This document shows, piece after piece, positions 1 to 10,072 of a stretch of DNA of 64,000 nt. The notes under the pieces were generated by a model that did not search any database, was not told the origin of the DNA, and worked only from the letters and a program-made list of their open reading frames with translations. This stretch comes from Phycisphaerae bacterium (GTDB taxonomy: Bacteria; Planctomycetota; Phycisphaerae; SM23-33), in NCBI GenBank assembly GCA_003551645.1, contig PUND01000112.1, forward strand, positions 10,713 to 74,712. Reading direction: 5' to 3'. Position 1 is the stretch's first letter, and each line of letters starts with the position of its first letter. The translations under genes were made by a program, and so were the position numbers.

Positions 1-125
1 TCGGCGGCCTCTTAGCGGCTGCGGCGGGCAGGGCCGACGGTCGGCTAACCCGCTCTCTGCGTGAAACATAAGATTCACCCGTCCGCGGCCGCCAACCTTT
101 GTGCCCTTTTGGGCGTTGGGCACGA

Positions 126-153
126 TTGAAGCTCGCCGTCCGGTCTGTATAAT
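126..153 (+). promoter_or_regulatory. candidate sigma70-like promoter (TTGAAG-16nt-TATAAT)
   Basis: TTGAAG at 126-131 and TATAAT at 148-153 with a 16-nt spacer, in an otherwise GC-rich leader ~120 nt upstream of the ATG at 277. Sequence pattern only. Confidence 0.25.
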
Positions 154-276
154 GCCTTATTCGCCGGGCGGGCGCACGCCGGACCGGTGTAACGGGCATA
201 TTCCGTATCAGCGGGCCGGCGGGGTCGGCTGGCGGCGGAGAAAACCTTCGGTTACGACAGACCCACCTGGAGGGTC

Positions 277-1836
277 ATGCTTAAGTTCATAGCATACAAA
301 GACGGGCGCAAAGCCAACCGGCTGGACATGTCCGGGGCTTACCTGTTCGGGCAGGATCGCGTGCCGGTGCGCGCGGACCTGGCGGTCGCAAAGGGCGAGG
401 TGACGTGCATCAAGCGGGCGGCCGGCGCGTGCGGCCTGGTGCTGCTGTGGGATGCCGGCGAGTCCGGCCGGTTCCTGCTGTCCACGACCCGACTGCCGGA
501 TCGACCGGAGCCGTACAACCTCAACCTTGAAATCGCGCGGGCGGTGCTCAGTATGCTCTGTCGCAAATACGAGGAATGGGGTCTGTTCGATTACGCGGCC
601 GCCGCCGAACTGAACGAAGAGCTGACCGAGGTGCGGGGGCTGTTTGTCGAGGCGCTGAAGGCGACTGACGAAGGCGAAACCGCGTCCCATGCCGACGAGG
701 CCGTGGCCCGCGGCGTCACGCTGGGCGAGAAGCTGGCCCTGTTCCACGCGGACGTGCTGGTTCAACGGCGCAGGAGCGCCGGGGCCGGCTGGATGTCCGG
801 CTTCGGTTGCAGGGTGGATCTTTTCTCAACCGGCGGGAACTACGCCTCGCGAATGCAGGGGGCGTTCGACTTCATCGCCGTGCCCATCCCGTGGAAGCAG
901 ACCGAGCCGAAGGAGCACCATTTCCAGTACTCACAGATAGACACGTGGGTCAACTGGGCGGCACGGCTGAGAAAGCCCGTCCACTTCGGTCCGTTGATAA
1001 GCTTCGAGCCGGCGGATCTGCCGGAATGGCTCTACCTCTGGGAGGGCGACTACGACGCCCTGAGGGACGTCATCTACGAGCACGTGGATCGCGTGGTCCG
1101 GCGTTACAGGCAGAACGTGCACGTATGGAACGTCGTCAGCGGCATCCACGCGCACAACAGCTTCGACTTGAACTTCGAGCAGATAATGGAGCTGACCCGT
1201 CTGACCTGCGCCCTGGTCAAGCGACTGGCGCCGCAGTCGGAGGTGCTGCTTGACCTGGTAATGCCCTGGGGCGAGTACTACGCTCGCAATCAGCGCACGA
1301 TTCCGCCGCTGCTGTATGCGGACATGGCCGTCCAGAGCGGCGTGAAGTTCGACTCCGTAGGTCTGCAGATCCATACCGGCGTGCCGGTTGACGGCTACTT
1401 CGTCCGCGACATGATGCAGATCAGCGCTCTGCTGGATGAGTTCGTCGGCTTCGGAAAGCCCGTCCGCGTCACCGCCTGCCAGGCCCCGTCGAGCACTAAG
1501 AGCGACCCGTGGGATGCCTGGGGCGGAGAACACTCGACCACCAAGGCGGGACAGTGGCACGCGCCGTGGTCTCAGCGGCTCCAGGCCGAATGGCTTCAGG
1601 CCTTCAGCCGCGTGTGCGTGTCCAAACCGTTCGTCCAGAGCATCTGCTGGCGCGACCTGGCCGACTACGAGGGTCATTTCATACCGTACGGCGGGCTTTG
1701 CAGGAACGACCTGGAGCCGAAGCTGGCGTTTCGGGAGCTGAGAAACTTTCGGGTGATGCTGCACTCCGAGACGGCTCCGGCGGTCGAATCGGCCGCCGCC
1801 AACGGCACCGACGACGAGGAAGCCGACTCGCAATGA
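277..1836 (+). CDS. glycoside hydrolase family 10 (xylanase TIM-barrel)-like protein; both catalytic Glu positions appear substituted
   Basis: 519-aa ORF. The by-eye alignment to GH10 motifs is: 'VHVWNVVSG' vs WDVVNE, 'VGLQIHTG' vs GIQSH, 'VTACQA' vs ITELD. The ATG is preceded by GGAGGG. The stop overlaps the next gene as ATGA. Confidence 0.55.
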   Translation: MLKFIAYKDGRKANRLDMSGAYLFGQDRVPVRADLAVAKGEVTCIKRAAGACGLVLLWDAGESGRFLLSTTRLPDRPEPYNLNLEIARAVLSMLCRKYEEWGLFDYAAAAELNEELTEVRGLFVEALKATDEGETASHADEAVARGVTLGEKLALFHADVLVQRRRSAGAGWMSGFGCRVDLFSTGGNYASRMQGAFDFIAVPIPWKQTEPKEHHFQYSQIDTWVNWAARLRKPVHFGPLISFEPADLPEWLYLWEGDYDALRDVIYEHVDRVVRRYRQNVHVWNVVSGIHAHNSFDLNFEQIMELTRLTCALVKRLAPQSEVLLDLVMPWGEYYARNQRTIPPLLYADMAVQSGVKFDSVGLQIHTGVPVDGYFVRDMMQISALLDEFVGFGKPVRVTACQAPSSTKSDPWDAWGGEHSTTKAGQWHAPWSQRLQAEWLQAFSRVCVSKPFVQSICWRDLADYEGHFIPYGGLCRNDLEPKLAFRELRNFRVMLHSETAPAVESAAANGTDDEEADSQ

Positions 1837-2213
1837 CCGAGAGAAAATTCGACCTCGCCTGGCGACCGGAGCACCTGCCGGCGATGCTGACGGTCATGTT
1901 AGTCGCCGCGGTTGCGCTGGCCGCCCGAGCCGGCTCCCGAACGGTCGAATTCGAGCGGGCCGCCCCTGTGGTCTCCGCCCGCGTCTCGGCCGGGGCCGAG
2001 TTGATAGATCCCAACACCGCATGTGTCGGGTCGCTGCGCCGTCTGCCGGGCATCGGACCGGTGAAGGCCCGCGCGATCGTGGAACACCGCGACGCTGCCG
2101 GCGGACGGCCGTTCCACACCATCGAAGACCTCACGGCCGTCCATGGCATCGGACCGGGAATCGTCCGGGACATACGGCGGTATGTCGCGCTGCCCGAGGG
2201 AGGCGACGGCTAG
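1833..2213 (+). CDS. comEA: ComEA-like helix-hairpin-helix DNA-binding protein
   Basis: It has an N-terminal TM segment (LTVMLVAAVALAA). It carries the tandem HhH motif 'LRRLPGIGPVKARAIVEHRD...LTAVHGIGPGIV'. The ATG at 1833 overlaps the upstream stop (ATGA). Confidence 0.75.
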   Translation: MTERKFDLAWRPEHLPAMLTVMLVAAVALAARAGSRTVEFERAAPVVSARVSAGAELIDPNTACVGSLRRLPGIGPVKARAIVEHRDAAGGRPFHTIEDLTAVHGIGPGIVRDIRRYVALPEGGDG

Positions 2214-2363
2214 AGCCGGCGGACGGCGGGGCTGCGGGCGGTTCGATACGCAACGCGGTCGCGGGGGATGTGTCTTTGCTCGGATGGCCGCCGATAGAGT
2301 ATCGAAGGGAAGTTGCCGCTCGGTGGGCATTGCACAATGTGCGCCGGGCGGCATAATACCGCC

Positions 2364-3083
2364 ATGCCGCCACGGTCTGGGCAAAACAAGCAGGCAGGCG
2401 AGCGTTACAGCCGGCTGACGCTGCGCCCGCTGGAATCGCTGGTGTTCATCTCGCCGCTGCTGGTGTTTTTCCACGTCGGCTCGCTGACCTACGGGACCGG
2501 GCTGCTCGCGGTGCGGGATATTGATCGACTGCTGGGTTTCTTCGGGGCCACGGCGCCGTATCTGCCGGCGCTTCTGGTGGTGGCAGTGCTGATCGCCCAG
2601 CACGCACTGCTTCGCCACCCCTGGACGGTTCACGGAAAGGTCCTGCTGGGCATGTTGGCCGAGAGTGCAGTGCTGATGCTTCCGCTGATGGCGATGAGCT
2701 TGCTCGCCGGCACAGGCAGGGGGCTTCTGGCGGCCGGCGGCAACGAGGACGGTGCTTTTCAGTATATGCTCATTGCCGTCGGTGCGGGCATCTATGAGGA
2801 ATTCCTGTTCCGCCTGATGATGATATCGCTGGTGATGATGATCTTCGTGGATGTCTTTGAACTGAACCGGGACATCGTGGCCGTGGCGGCTGTACTACTG
2901 TCCTCGGTGGTCTTCAGCGCCTACCATCTGACCGGTCAGACGTACGAGGTCTTCCCGTGGGGGCTTTTCGTCTTCCGCACCGTGGCGGGGGTGTATCTCA
3001 GCGGTGTGTATATACTGCGCGGCTTCGGCATCGCCGTCGGCGCGCACATCATCTACAACCTGTACATCTTCCTGTTCCTGTAA
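2364..3083 (+). CDS. CPBP family intramembrane metalloprotease (CAAX protease / Abi-like)
   Basis: Multi-TM protein with an 'EEFLFR' motif and a later 'SAYH' motif, which are the CPBP motifs 1 and 2. The start is taken at the internal ATG at 2364; the longest ORF begins at 2313. Confidence 0.7.
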   Translation: MPPRSGQNKQAGERYSRLTLRPLESLVFISPLLVFFHVGSLTYGTGLLAVRDIDRLLGFFGATAPYLPALLVVAVLIAQHALLRHPWTVHGKVLLGMLAESAVLMLPLMAMSLLAGTGRGLLAAGGNEDGAFQYMLIAVGAGIYEEFLFRLMMISLVMMIFVDVFELNRDIVAVAAVLLSSVVFSAYHLTGQTYEVFPWGLFVFRTVAGVYLSGVYILRGFGIAVGAHIIYNLYIFLFL

Positions 3084-3099
3084 CGGAGGCGCCGGTTGG

Positions 3100-3993
3100 C
3101 TATTCCCACTCGAACCGTTTGCCGGTCAGCCGGGTATAGGCCTCGATGTATTTCTCGCGCGTCTTCTGGACTACATCGGCCGGCAGGGGCGGGGCCGGCG
3201 GCGTGCGGTCGAACTTGACCCTGTCCAGGTAATCGCGGACGAACTGCTTATCGAAGCTGGGCTGACCCTTTCCGGGCTTGTACTGGTCCGCCGGCCAGAA
3301 TCGAGACGAATCCGGCGTCAGCACCTCGTCGATGAGTATCAGCGAGCCGTCCTCGCCGCGGCCGAACTCGAACTTGGTGTCGGCCAGGAGAATCCCGCGC
3401 TGCTGGGCGTACTGGCGGCCTTTCTCGTAGATCTCCAGCGACTTGTCCCGCAGCACGGTCATGACGTCCTGGCCGGCGATTTCGCAGGCCTGCTCAAAGC
3501 TGATGTTCTCGTCATGGCCTGTCTCGGCCTTGGTAGCGGGGGTGAATATCGGTTCGGGCAGCTTGTCGGACTCCTTCAGTCCCTTAGGCAGCTTGATCCC
3601 GCATACTGTCCCGCTCCTTTTATATTCCTGCCAGCCGGAACCGGCGAGATATCCCCGCACCACGCACTCGATGGGTACGACATCCGTCTTCTTGCAGAGC
3701 ATGAAGCGCCCTTCGATTTCCTCGCTGCGGGCGTCTTCGGGCAGGTCGTCGAGCGACGTTGATATAAGGTGGTGTGGCATGGTATCGGCGAGCATCTCGA
3801 ACCAGAACGCGCTTATCTGGGTAAGCACTCGTCCCTTGTCGGGCACGCCGTTGGGCATCACCACGTCGAACGCACTGATACGGTCGGTGGCGATTATCAA
3901 CAGGCCTTGCGGAAGGTCATAGATGTCCCGCACCTTCCCGGTGCGTTTCGGATAGCCGGTCAGCGATGTCGTCATTAGGGCTGTACTTTTCAT
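3100..3993 (-). CDS. purC: phosphoribosylaminoimidazole-succinocarboxamide synthase (SAICAR synthetase)
   Basis: 'KVRDIYDL...[13 protein letters not shown]' is the PurC signature. ATG verified at 3991-3993 on the minus strand. The longer ORF start at 4053 would overlap the neighbouring gene. Confidence 0.9.
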   Translation of the reverse strand: MKSTALMTTSLTGYPKRTGKVRDIYDLPQGLLIIATDRISAFDVVMPNGVPDKGRVLTQISAFWFEMLADTMPHHLISTSLDDLPEDARSEEIEGRFMLCKKTDVVPIECVVRGYLAGSGWQEYKRSGTVCGIKLPKGLKESDKLPEPIFTPATKAETGHDENISFEQACEIAGQDVMTVLRDKSLEIYEKGRQYAQQRGILLADTKFEFGRGEDGSLILIDEVLTPDSSRFWPADQYKPGKGQPSFDKQFVRDYLDRVKFDRTPPAPPLPADVVQKTREKYIEAYTRLTGKRFEWE

Positions 3994-4049
3994 GGTCGTC
4001 TCAGTATCCGCCCGACGCCGGGGGGCGTCAAGACGGTCCTTTCCTAAAA

Positions 4050-4844
4050 TCAACGGTTTGCCAGGTAAGCCAGAAGGAACGCTATTTGTGTCAACAGGTT
4101 ATTAGCCAGCAGGTTGCGCCGATTCAGCCCGCCCCCGACGGCGCAGACAATCTGTCCGCCGACTATCGCCGTCAGCAGCGCAACGGCCGAGATGCCCAGT
4201 TGCGTCCACGGCATGTGGTTGAAATATACTATGGAGCCGGCCAGCGGGGCCGCCATGCATACCGCTGCCAGGAAAGGCCCGCACCCGCGGGCGAACTCGG
4301 CCACCTGCGGCTCGGTATTGCCGCCTCCCCGGCGGAACTGCGGCGTAATCAGCATCGACCAGCCCCCCCAGAGCGGAGCCAGAAACAGCGCCCGATACAT
4401 GGTCCGGGGCCTGATCCATTGCAGCCAGGTCGGCAGGTGGTGCGACCAATCCGGCTGCCAACTGCGAAGCCCAAGAAGTATCATCGCCAGCACGACCACC
4501 AGCAGTGCCGCGGCAACGGCGCGGCCGGCCGGCTCGGCGCCGCCCAGTATCTCCGCAAGCGACAACACGCTCTGTCGGTAGAGCCACAGCACCATCACTG
4601 ACAGCACCGCCGCGGCCGGGACAAAAGGCAGGCCGGCGGAATACTCGTCGAAAACCTGGGCACATCCCTCCCACAGCAACGCGGAAGCCGCGCCCCAGGC
4701 CGCCGAGATGAACATCAGGTCGAGCCAGCCCCAGCGGAACCGTCGCGGCGGCTTGGAGGCAACGCGGCCGGCGCCCGCTACCAGCAGCATGTAGCCGGGT
4801 CGGGCGGCGAGCCGGCGATATGTCCTGCCCAATATGCCAGGCAT
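4050..4844 (-). CDS. polytopic membrane protein, unknown function
   Basis: 264-aa ORF with ~7 hydrophobic segments. No motif recognised. Confidence 0.5.
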   Translation of the reverse strand: MPGILGRTYRRLAARPGYMLLVAGAGRVASKPPRRFRWGWLDLMFISAAWGAASALLWEGCAQVFDEYSAGLPFVPAAAVLSVMVLWLYRQSVLSLAEILGGAEPAGRAVAAALLVVVLAMILLGLRSWQPDWSHHLPTWLQWIRPRTMYRALFLAPLWGGWSMLITPQFRRGGGNTEPQVAEFARGCGPFLAAVCMAAPLAGSIVYFNHMPWTQLGISAVALLTAIVGGQIVCAVGGGLNRRNLLANNLLTQIAFLLAYLANR

Positions 4845-4860
4845 GGTTTTCCGGGCCGGC

Positions 4861-5520
4861 TCAACCGGCCTTGCGCGAACGGGCCTCGGCGACGATATCC
4901 ACGTATTGGCTCGCCAGATGCTTTATCTCTGACATGTCTCCGGAGGCAAGGGCCTTCTTGGTTACCAGTGCCGAGCCGATGCCCAGTGTGCAGGCGCCGT
5001 TTGCTATCCAGTCGGCGGCGGTGTCCAGATCCACGCCGCCGGTGGGGGTCAGCTTCAGGTGGGGCAGAGGCCCGAGCAGGTCTTTCAGATACTTCGGGCC
5101 TACCGCGCCGCCGGGGAAGACCTTGACGATATCCGCGCCCGCCTCGTGGGCGAGCTGGGCCTCGGTGGGCGTGAAGGCGCCCGGCACGCATGGCAGATCG
5201 GCCGCGTGCGCCGCTTCGATCAGCTCCGGCTTGAAGATGGGCGATACGACGAACTGAGCGCCGGCCTCGATAGCCGAGCGAGCTGTTTCCGCCGAGAGCA
5301 CGCTGCCGACGCCTATCAGCGCCTCGTCGCCGAGTTCCGGCCGGCATCGCGAGATGACCTCCAGCGCGTTGGGCGTTGTCATGGTGATTTCGATGCAGTC
5401 AACGCCCCCGGCGAGCAGTGCGCGGCAGACACCAAGCAGTTGCTCACTGCTCGACGCCCTCACCACGGCCACCACCCCTTTATCGCACATCCGACGGCAC
5501 AGAATTTCACGGTTCGACAT
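4861..5520 (-). CDS. eda: 2-dehydro-3-deoxyphosphogluconate (KDPG) aldolase / KHG aldolase
   Basis: Eda family pattern: 'VVAVVRASS...GGVDCIEITMTTP...VGSVL...VKVFPG'. ATG verified at 5518-5520 on the minus strand. Confidence 0.85.
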   Translation of the reverse strand: MSNREILCRRMCDKGVVAVVRASSSEQLLGVCRALLAGGVDCIEITMTTPNALEVISRCRPELGDEALIGVGSVLSAETARSAIEAGAQFVVSPIFKPELIEAAHAADLPCVPGAFTPTEAQLAHEAGADIVKVFPGGAVGPKYLKDLLGPLPHLKLTPTGGVDLDTAADWIANGACTLGIGSALVTKKALASGDMSEIKHLASQYVDIVAEARSRKAG

Positions 5521-5739
5521 CGACTCGCTCCGATTTCACACACAAGGTCATTAAACCTGTCATCTCTCGGGTGCCCATCTCGTCGTGGACGCCCGATCCG
5601 TAGTCGCTTCGGGATTCGTCGCGAAAGTATGACCGACTCATGGCCGGGGTCAAACCGAAAATTGCCCCTGCTTTCCTGTCAGTCTGCCCGGCCCAAGGGC
5701 GCAGATAGCGGTGGGGCGGCAATACAGTCCCGGTGTGTG

Positions 5740-8034
5740 TTACTGATCCTCCCTTGCGACGAACAGCCCGGCCATGTCGCGGACAAGATCGTCGTCGTCT
5801 TCTGCGAGGAACTCCAGGACCGGACGGTTTCCGGCCTTGTCCCAGACACCCAGCAACTCCGCGGTCCGCATGCGGACCAGCGGCGATGCATCCGTGACTG
5901 CCGACCCGAGACGGGCTATTATCGGCTCATCCGGCGGGCAGGCGTGCAGGACGGCTATCATCTCGGCCCGGACAGCGGGCGATTCATCGGACAAGGCCCG
6001 CTCAAGCAACTCCAGCAATGCTTCAGCGGTCTCGTTAGATTCGAGCCATTCAGGCGCGGGCGATTCCTCTCTCGGTCGCCGCGCCGCGGCCAGCAAAGAG
6101 CCGATTTGCCGGGCCGCGAGCATGCGCTGCTCGACGGAACCCTCGGAAAGCCGTTCCCGCAGGTCCTCAGTAATTTGAACCGGGGCCTCCTGAGCGTCAA
6201 GATGGTTGCCGACCAGCGCTTCTCGCACGATTGATATCGGCTCGACCCGCAATTGCGGAAGGGCGCTGGCGATGCCGTCGGAGGTCTGGACGGGGTCGAG
6301 AACGGCGCGGACCGTGAGTGTCAGTCGCTCCAGAGGACGGCGGGCGAGCATTTCTTCCAGTTCGGCGACATCCAGTCTCGTGCTCGCCGAAACACTCTCT
6401 CCGGGCGCCAGTCGCCGCGGAGCCGGCCAGCGTAGCAGAGGCATATTGGTCATTCGGTGCTCGCCCAGTTCGACCTCCAAGCTCATCCGCGGTGCCAGCA
6501 GCCCCCAGTCGCCGACAGTGACGTCCACGTCGCCTATATTCGCCAGTGTCGCCTCTACTACTATCGGCTCGCCGACCTGCACGCTCTCGGTGGTCGGGCT
6601 AAGTTCCGCCGACACGAACTCTTCTGGCGAACGCCCCATCGCCAGCACGCCCAGGTCGGACCGGTCTATCACCGCCGCCGTCTCGTCCGCTTGCTCCGCG
6701 GGCGGCAGCGCGATGTCCTCTCGTCCGGCGAGTTCGCGTGCCTTACGGTAAGCAGGCCCACTACGGTTGCGGCGAACCGCCGACCGCAGCGTCTCGGCCG
6801 CCGCCTCCGACTCGCCCGCCTCAAACAGAAGCTCGGCCAGGAACACCGAAGCGTAAACGTCCCTGTCGCTCAACTGCTCCAGCGGCTGTCTGGCCGTTTC
6901 CGGATCGCCGGCTCGATAAACTGACGCGGCGACAACCCGCCGGATGAAAGTGTCGTGCGGGTCGTCCTCGGCGGCTCTTTGGGCATGTTCCATCGCGGTC
7001 GGGGGGTCATCCAGCATCATCAGATGGAACCATGCCAGCTCGGCCTGTTCTTGCGGAGACAGCTCTTCATCCGCCTCTTCGGGCATGTAAAGCTCTAACA
7101 TCCGTTCGGCGGTCCGCTCGGCCCGGTCCTGGTCGCCGGTCTGGCGATGGGCCTCGACCATCAGTGCCAGCAGGTCAAGGTGCTCGGAAAACTGCTCCAG
7201 CGCCGGCTCGAATCTCCGTATGGCTTCGGCATGCATGCCGGCGTTGAGCATGGTGTTGAAATACTCGGTTACGAAAGAAGCCGACAGGGCTTCCCGTCCG
7301 CCGGCGGCTATCGCGGTGTCCCACGCATGCTCAAAGAAGACCAGCGCCCGTTCGTGCAGACCCAGTGAGTCAAGCAGCGCCGCCAGGTCCCAGGCGATCG
7401 CGACGGCCTTTGGGTTGCCCAGCAGCAGCCGCAGCAGCGACTCCGCCTCATCGACGGCTGTCGGGTTGTCGATTACCGCGAGCAGGCCCTCGGCGGCGTC
7501 TGGATTGGTCGGGTCCAGTTCCAGCGACGTGAGGTAGGCGAGCCGGGCCTGTTCGACCTCGCCGCGCCCTCTGTGCAGACGCCCCAGCCGGGCGGCAGCT
7601 ACCGCGCGCACTCCGGCGGGCAGATCCTCGTCGGCGAGCATATCTTCCAGAAGTGAAACACGCTGCTCGGCTCTCTCCCGCTGCCGCAGCAGCAATTCCA
7701 GCCAGCGGCAGTTGGTGTGATGGCATCGGTCCTGGTGGGCTGCGATACAGCTTTCAATCGCGTCGGCGGCTTCGGCGAGCCGCCCTTGGCTCTCATACAC
7801 GGCGGCCAGCAGGCGACAGGTTTCAGCATCCTCGGGGTCCAGGCGGGCGGCGTAGCGGGTCAGGACCACCAACCGGCCGGCACGGGCCGGGGTCTCCGGC
7901 GGCGCATGGACCATGCCGACGGCCGAGTGCAGCAAGCCGGTGGCCGCGGGTTTTTCGGCTTCGGTGTGCGAGCCGGCCGCCACCGAAGGCAGCACCATAG
8001 CGACGATGCACGAACACAGGGCACGCTTGTTCAT
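5740..8034 (-). CDS. secreted TPR-repeat / C-terminal HEAT-like repeat protein
   Basis: N-terminal signal peptide (MNKRALCSCIVAMVLPSVAAG). It has many Ala/Leu-rich TPR-like helical repeats and a C-terminal 'PAVRAEMIAVL...PLVRMRTAELLG' HEAT-like region. Start taken at the ATG at 8032-8034. Confidence 0.6.
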   Translation of the reverse strand: MNKRALCSCIVAMVLPSVAAGSHTEAEKPAATGLLHSAVGMVHAPPETPARAGRLVVLTRYAARLDPEDAETCRLLAAVYESQGRLAEAADAIESCIAAHQDRCHHTNCRWLELLLRQRERAEQRVSLLEDMLADEDLPAGVRAVAAARLGRLHRGRGEVEQARLAYLTSLELDPTNPDAAEGLLAVIDNPTAVDEAESLLRLLLGNPKAVAIAWDLAALLDSLGLHERALVFFEHAWDTAIAAGGREALSASFVTEYFNTMLNAGMHAEAIRRFEPALEQFSEHLDLLALMVEAHRQTGDQDRAERTAERMLELYMPEEADEELSPQEQAELAWFHLMMLDDPPTAMEHAQRAAEDDPHDTFIRRVVAASVYRAGDPETARQPLEQLSDRDVYASVFLAELLFEAGESEAAAETLRSAVRRNRSGPAYRKARELAGREDIALPPAEQADETAAVIDRSDLGVLAMGRSPEEFVSAELSPTTESVQVGEPIVVEATLANIGDVDVTVGDWGLLAPRMSLEVELGEHRMTNMPLLRWPAPRRLAPGESVSASTRLDVAELEEMLARRPLERLTLTVRAVLDPVQTSDGIASALPQLRVEPISIVREALVGNHLDAQEAPVQITEDLRERLSEGSVEQRMLAARQIGSLLAAARRPREESPAPEWLESNETAEALLELLERALSDESPAVRAEMIAVLHACPPDEPIIARLGSAVTDASPLVRMRTAELLGVWDKAGNRPVLEFLAEDDDDLVRDMAGLFVAREDQ

Positions 8035-8130
8035 CAGTTCATCTCCCACGAAGTATTGGGCCGCCTAATGGTATTCGGCCAACACTGCCGCACATCTCTA
8101 ATAGACGGGCCGGAACCGCCGACGGCTATA

Positions 8131-9480
8131 TCAGCGTTTCTGTCGCTTGTCGCCGGGGGCGGTCCTGGGCGCCGCTCTGGTTCGTTCGGCGAGGACGGGG
8201 CCGGCCGACGCCGGCAGGCGTCGCCAGCACAGATACAGCACGATGCCCACTGCCGCCATCGCAATCGAGGTGTACTGGTTGTGAGTCAGCACGCCGCGCC
8301 ACAGGGCGTGCGGGTTGTCAGAGCGGATCGACTCCAGAACGAAACGCGTAATTGGATACGCTATGACCAGCAGGGCGAAGACCTGTCCCTCCCACCGCCG
8401 CAGCCGGAAAAAGACCGCCAGCAGTGCCGCCAGCAGCAGGGCGTTGACAAGCCCCAGCGGCTGGGCGGGCTTGACCGGGGCCGAACGCTCGGCCGCCGCC
8501 AGTGAGTACAGGTCTTTGCTTAGCCAGTCGTTGGCGGCCTCACGGTCGTCGCCGAAGCGATCCTCGAGAAGCTCGCGGCGCTGTTGGAGGTATTCCCACG
8601 CCTCCTGAAAGCTCAGCTTTCCGTCGCCGTTGACATCGAAGACAATGGCTTCTTCCCAGTGCTCGCTGCCCCTGAGGAACCCGTCGCCGGAGCGCCGCAG
8701 TCGGTGCCAATCTTCGCGGCCTATGAGCAGCTCGCCGCCGGCATCGCGCGCGAACAGCCCTCTGGCTTCGGACGGTTCGGCGTACATCACCTCGAGCTGA
8801 TCTGACTCCAGCGGCCCATGGAGGTCTCGCGGGGGCAGAATTCTGGGCGTGAAGCTGTTCAGCAGCCGGGGATGCGGGGTGACCTGCTCACGGTCGAACT
8901 GCTCGGAATATACCGGGCCTGGCCCGGTGGCGCCTTCCCAGAAGGGGTTTTCATCGCCGCCGAGCTTTACCAGCGGGCTGGAGTACATCGGGAATCTCAT
9001 CGCCAGGGCGGAGTCTTCGCGTGCCGGCCCGCCGGGGCAGCAGCCGTTGAGCAGACAGCCGGCACGTCCGAAGGCCAGCCCGACCATCAAGCTCACGGCG
9101 AGGATATCCAGGTAGCGGCGGATGGGCAACTTGCCGACGCGGAGGTAGATGAGCACCAGGATCGTCGCCAGACCGACCCCGCCGTAGTAGATGAGTCCGC
9201 CACCGGTGAAGTTGAGGATGCCTCCGGGCCTGTGGGCGAAATCCTCCCAGTGCTGGACGACGTAAGCCAGCCGGGCGCCGCCGACGCCGCCTATAAGGGC
9301 CAGTATGCCGCAGTTGGTCAGGACGTCGCGGCTCTCGCCGCATCGCCGCGCTCGCCACCTGGCCAGCAGTATAGCCAGCAGAAACCCGGCCGCGACCATC
9401 AGGCCGTAGCCGGGCAGGCGCAGTTGGATGGTCCGCCCCAGGATATCCGCAGTGCCGAAATCAAGAATAATCCGCCGCAT
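8131..9480 (-). CDS. lgt: prolipoprotein diacylglyceryl transferase with large internal insertion carrying an EF-hand
   Basis: Lgt signatures 'FTGGGLIYYGG' and 'GRAGCLLNGCCPG'. Between them and the C-terminal TM segments sits a ~170-aa hydrophilic insert. The insert contains 'DVNGDGKLSFQE', a canonical 12-residue EF-hand loop. Confidence 0.8.
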   Translation of the reverse strand: MRRIILDFGTADILGRTIQLRLPGYGLMVAAGFLLAILLARWRARRCGESRDVLTNCGILALIGGVGGARLAYVVQHWEDFAHRPGGILNFTGGGLIYYGGVGLATILVLIYLRVGKLPIRRYLDILAVSLMVGLAFGRAGCLLNGCCPGGPAREDSALAMRFPMYSSPLVKLGGDENPFWEGATGPGPVYSEQFDREQVTPHPRLLNSFTPRILPPRDLHGPLESDQLEVMYAEPSEARGLFARDAGGELLIGREDWHRLRRSGDGFLRGSEHWEEAIVFDVNGDGKLSFQEAWEYLQQRRELLEDRFGDDREAANDWLSKDLYSLAAAERSAPVKPAQPLGLVNALLLAALLAVFFRLRRWEGQVFALLVIAYPITRFVLESIRSDNPHALWRGVLTHNQYTSIAMAAVGIVLYLCWRRLPASAGPVLAERTRAAPRTAPGDKRQKR

Positions 9481-9501
9481 GGGCCTTTCCGACGGCGCCG
9501 A

Positions 9502-9858
9502 TTAGAGTTTCTTCGCCGGCTTGTTGTTCTCATCCACGAGCACGACTGTCGGTTTCAGCCCGCGCGCCTGGTCCCGCGTGGCATAGACGAAACCCATCAC
9601 GATAACCAGGTCGCCGACGTTGACTTTGTGAGCGGCGGCGCCGTTGATGCAGATGGTGCCGCTGCCTCGCTCGCCTTCCATGACGTAAGTCTCAAACCGC
9701 TTGCCGTTTTCGAGGTCAGCCACCAGGACGCACTCTCCGACGAGCAGGCCCGACGCCTCTATCAGGTTCGCGTCAATGGTGATGGAGCCGACATATTCGA
9801 CGTCGGCGTCGGTTATCTTCGCTCGGTGTATCTTTGATTTCAGAACTTTCACTAACAT
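9502..9858 (-). CDS. panD: aspartate 1-decarboxylase
   Basis: The N-terminus 'MLVKVLKSKIHRAKITDADVEYVGSITID' is near-identical to PanD N-termini. The protein is 118 aa. Confidence 0.9.
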   Translation of the reverse strand: MLVKVLKSKIHRAKITDADVEYVGSITIDANLIEASGLLVGECVLVADLENGKRFETYVMEGERGSGTICINGAAAHKVNVGDLVIVMGFVYATRDQARGLKPTVVLVDENNKPAKKL

Positions 9859-10072
9859 GCAAACAAACCTTCCTTGGGGTGAGTCTTCTTCTGTGTCATC
9901 AGCACGTTACATTGTAGTGTTTCGCCGCCGCGGCGTCCACGCCGCCGCTTGTTGAGCAGTTGTCTCATACATAAACGTTCCGTGCTCGGTGGCATGTGGG
10001 CGTCTCAGCGGCTTCCGAACGGTGTTATCACCGCCCGGGGCTATCGACTCAACGGCTTGACTGCTCAACTGA

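Noticed and set aside
931-1833. 300-aa minus-strand ORF inside the GH10-like gene
   Set aside because: It is antisense to a motif-bearing CDS with low-complexity Arg/Gly/Val composition, so it is a high-GC artefact.
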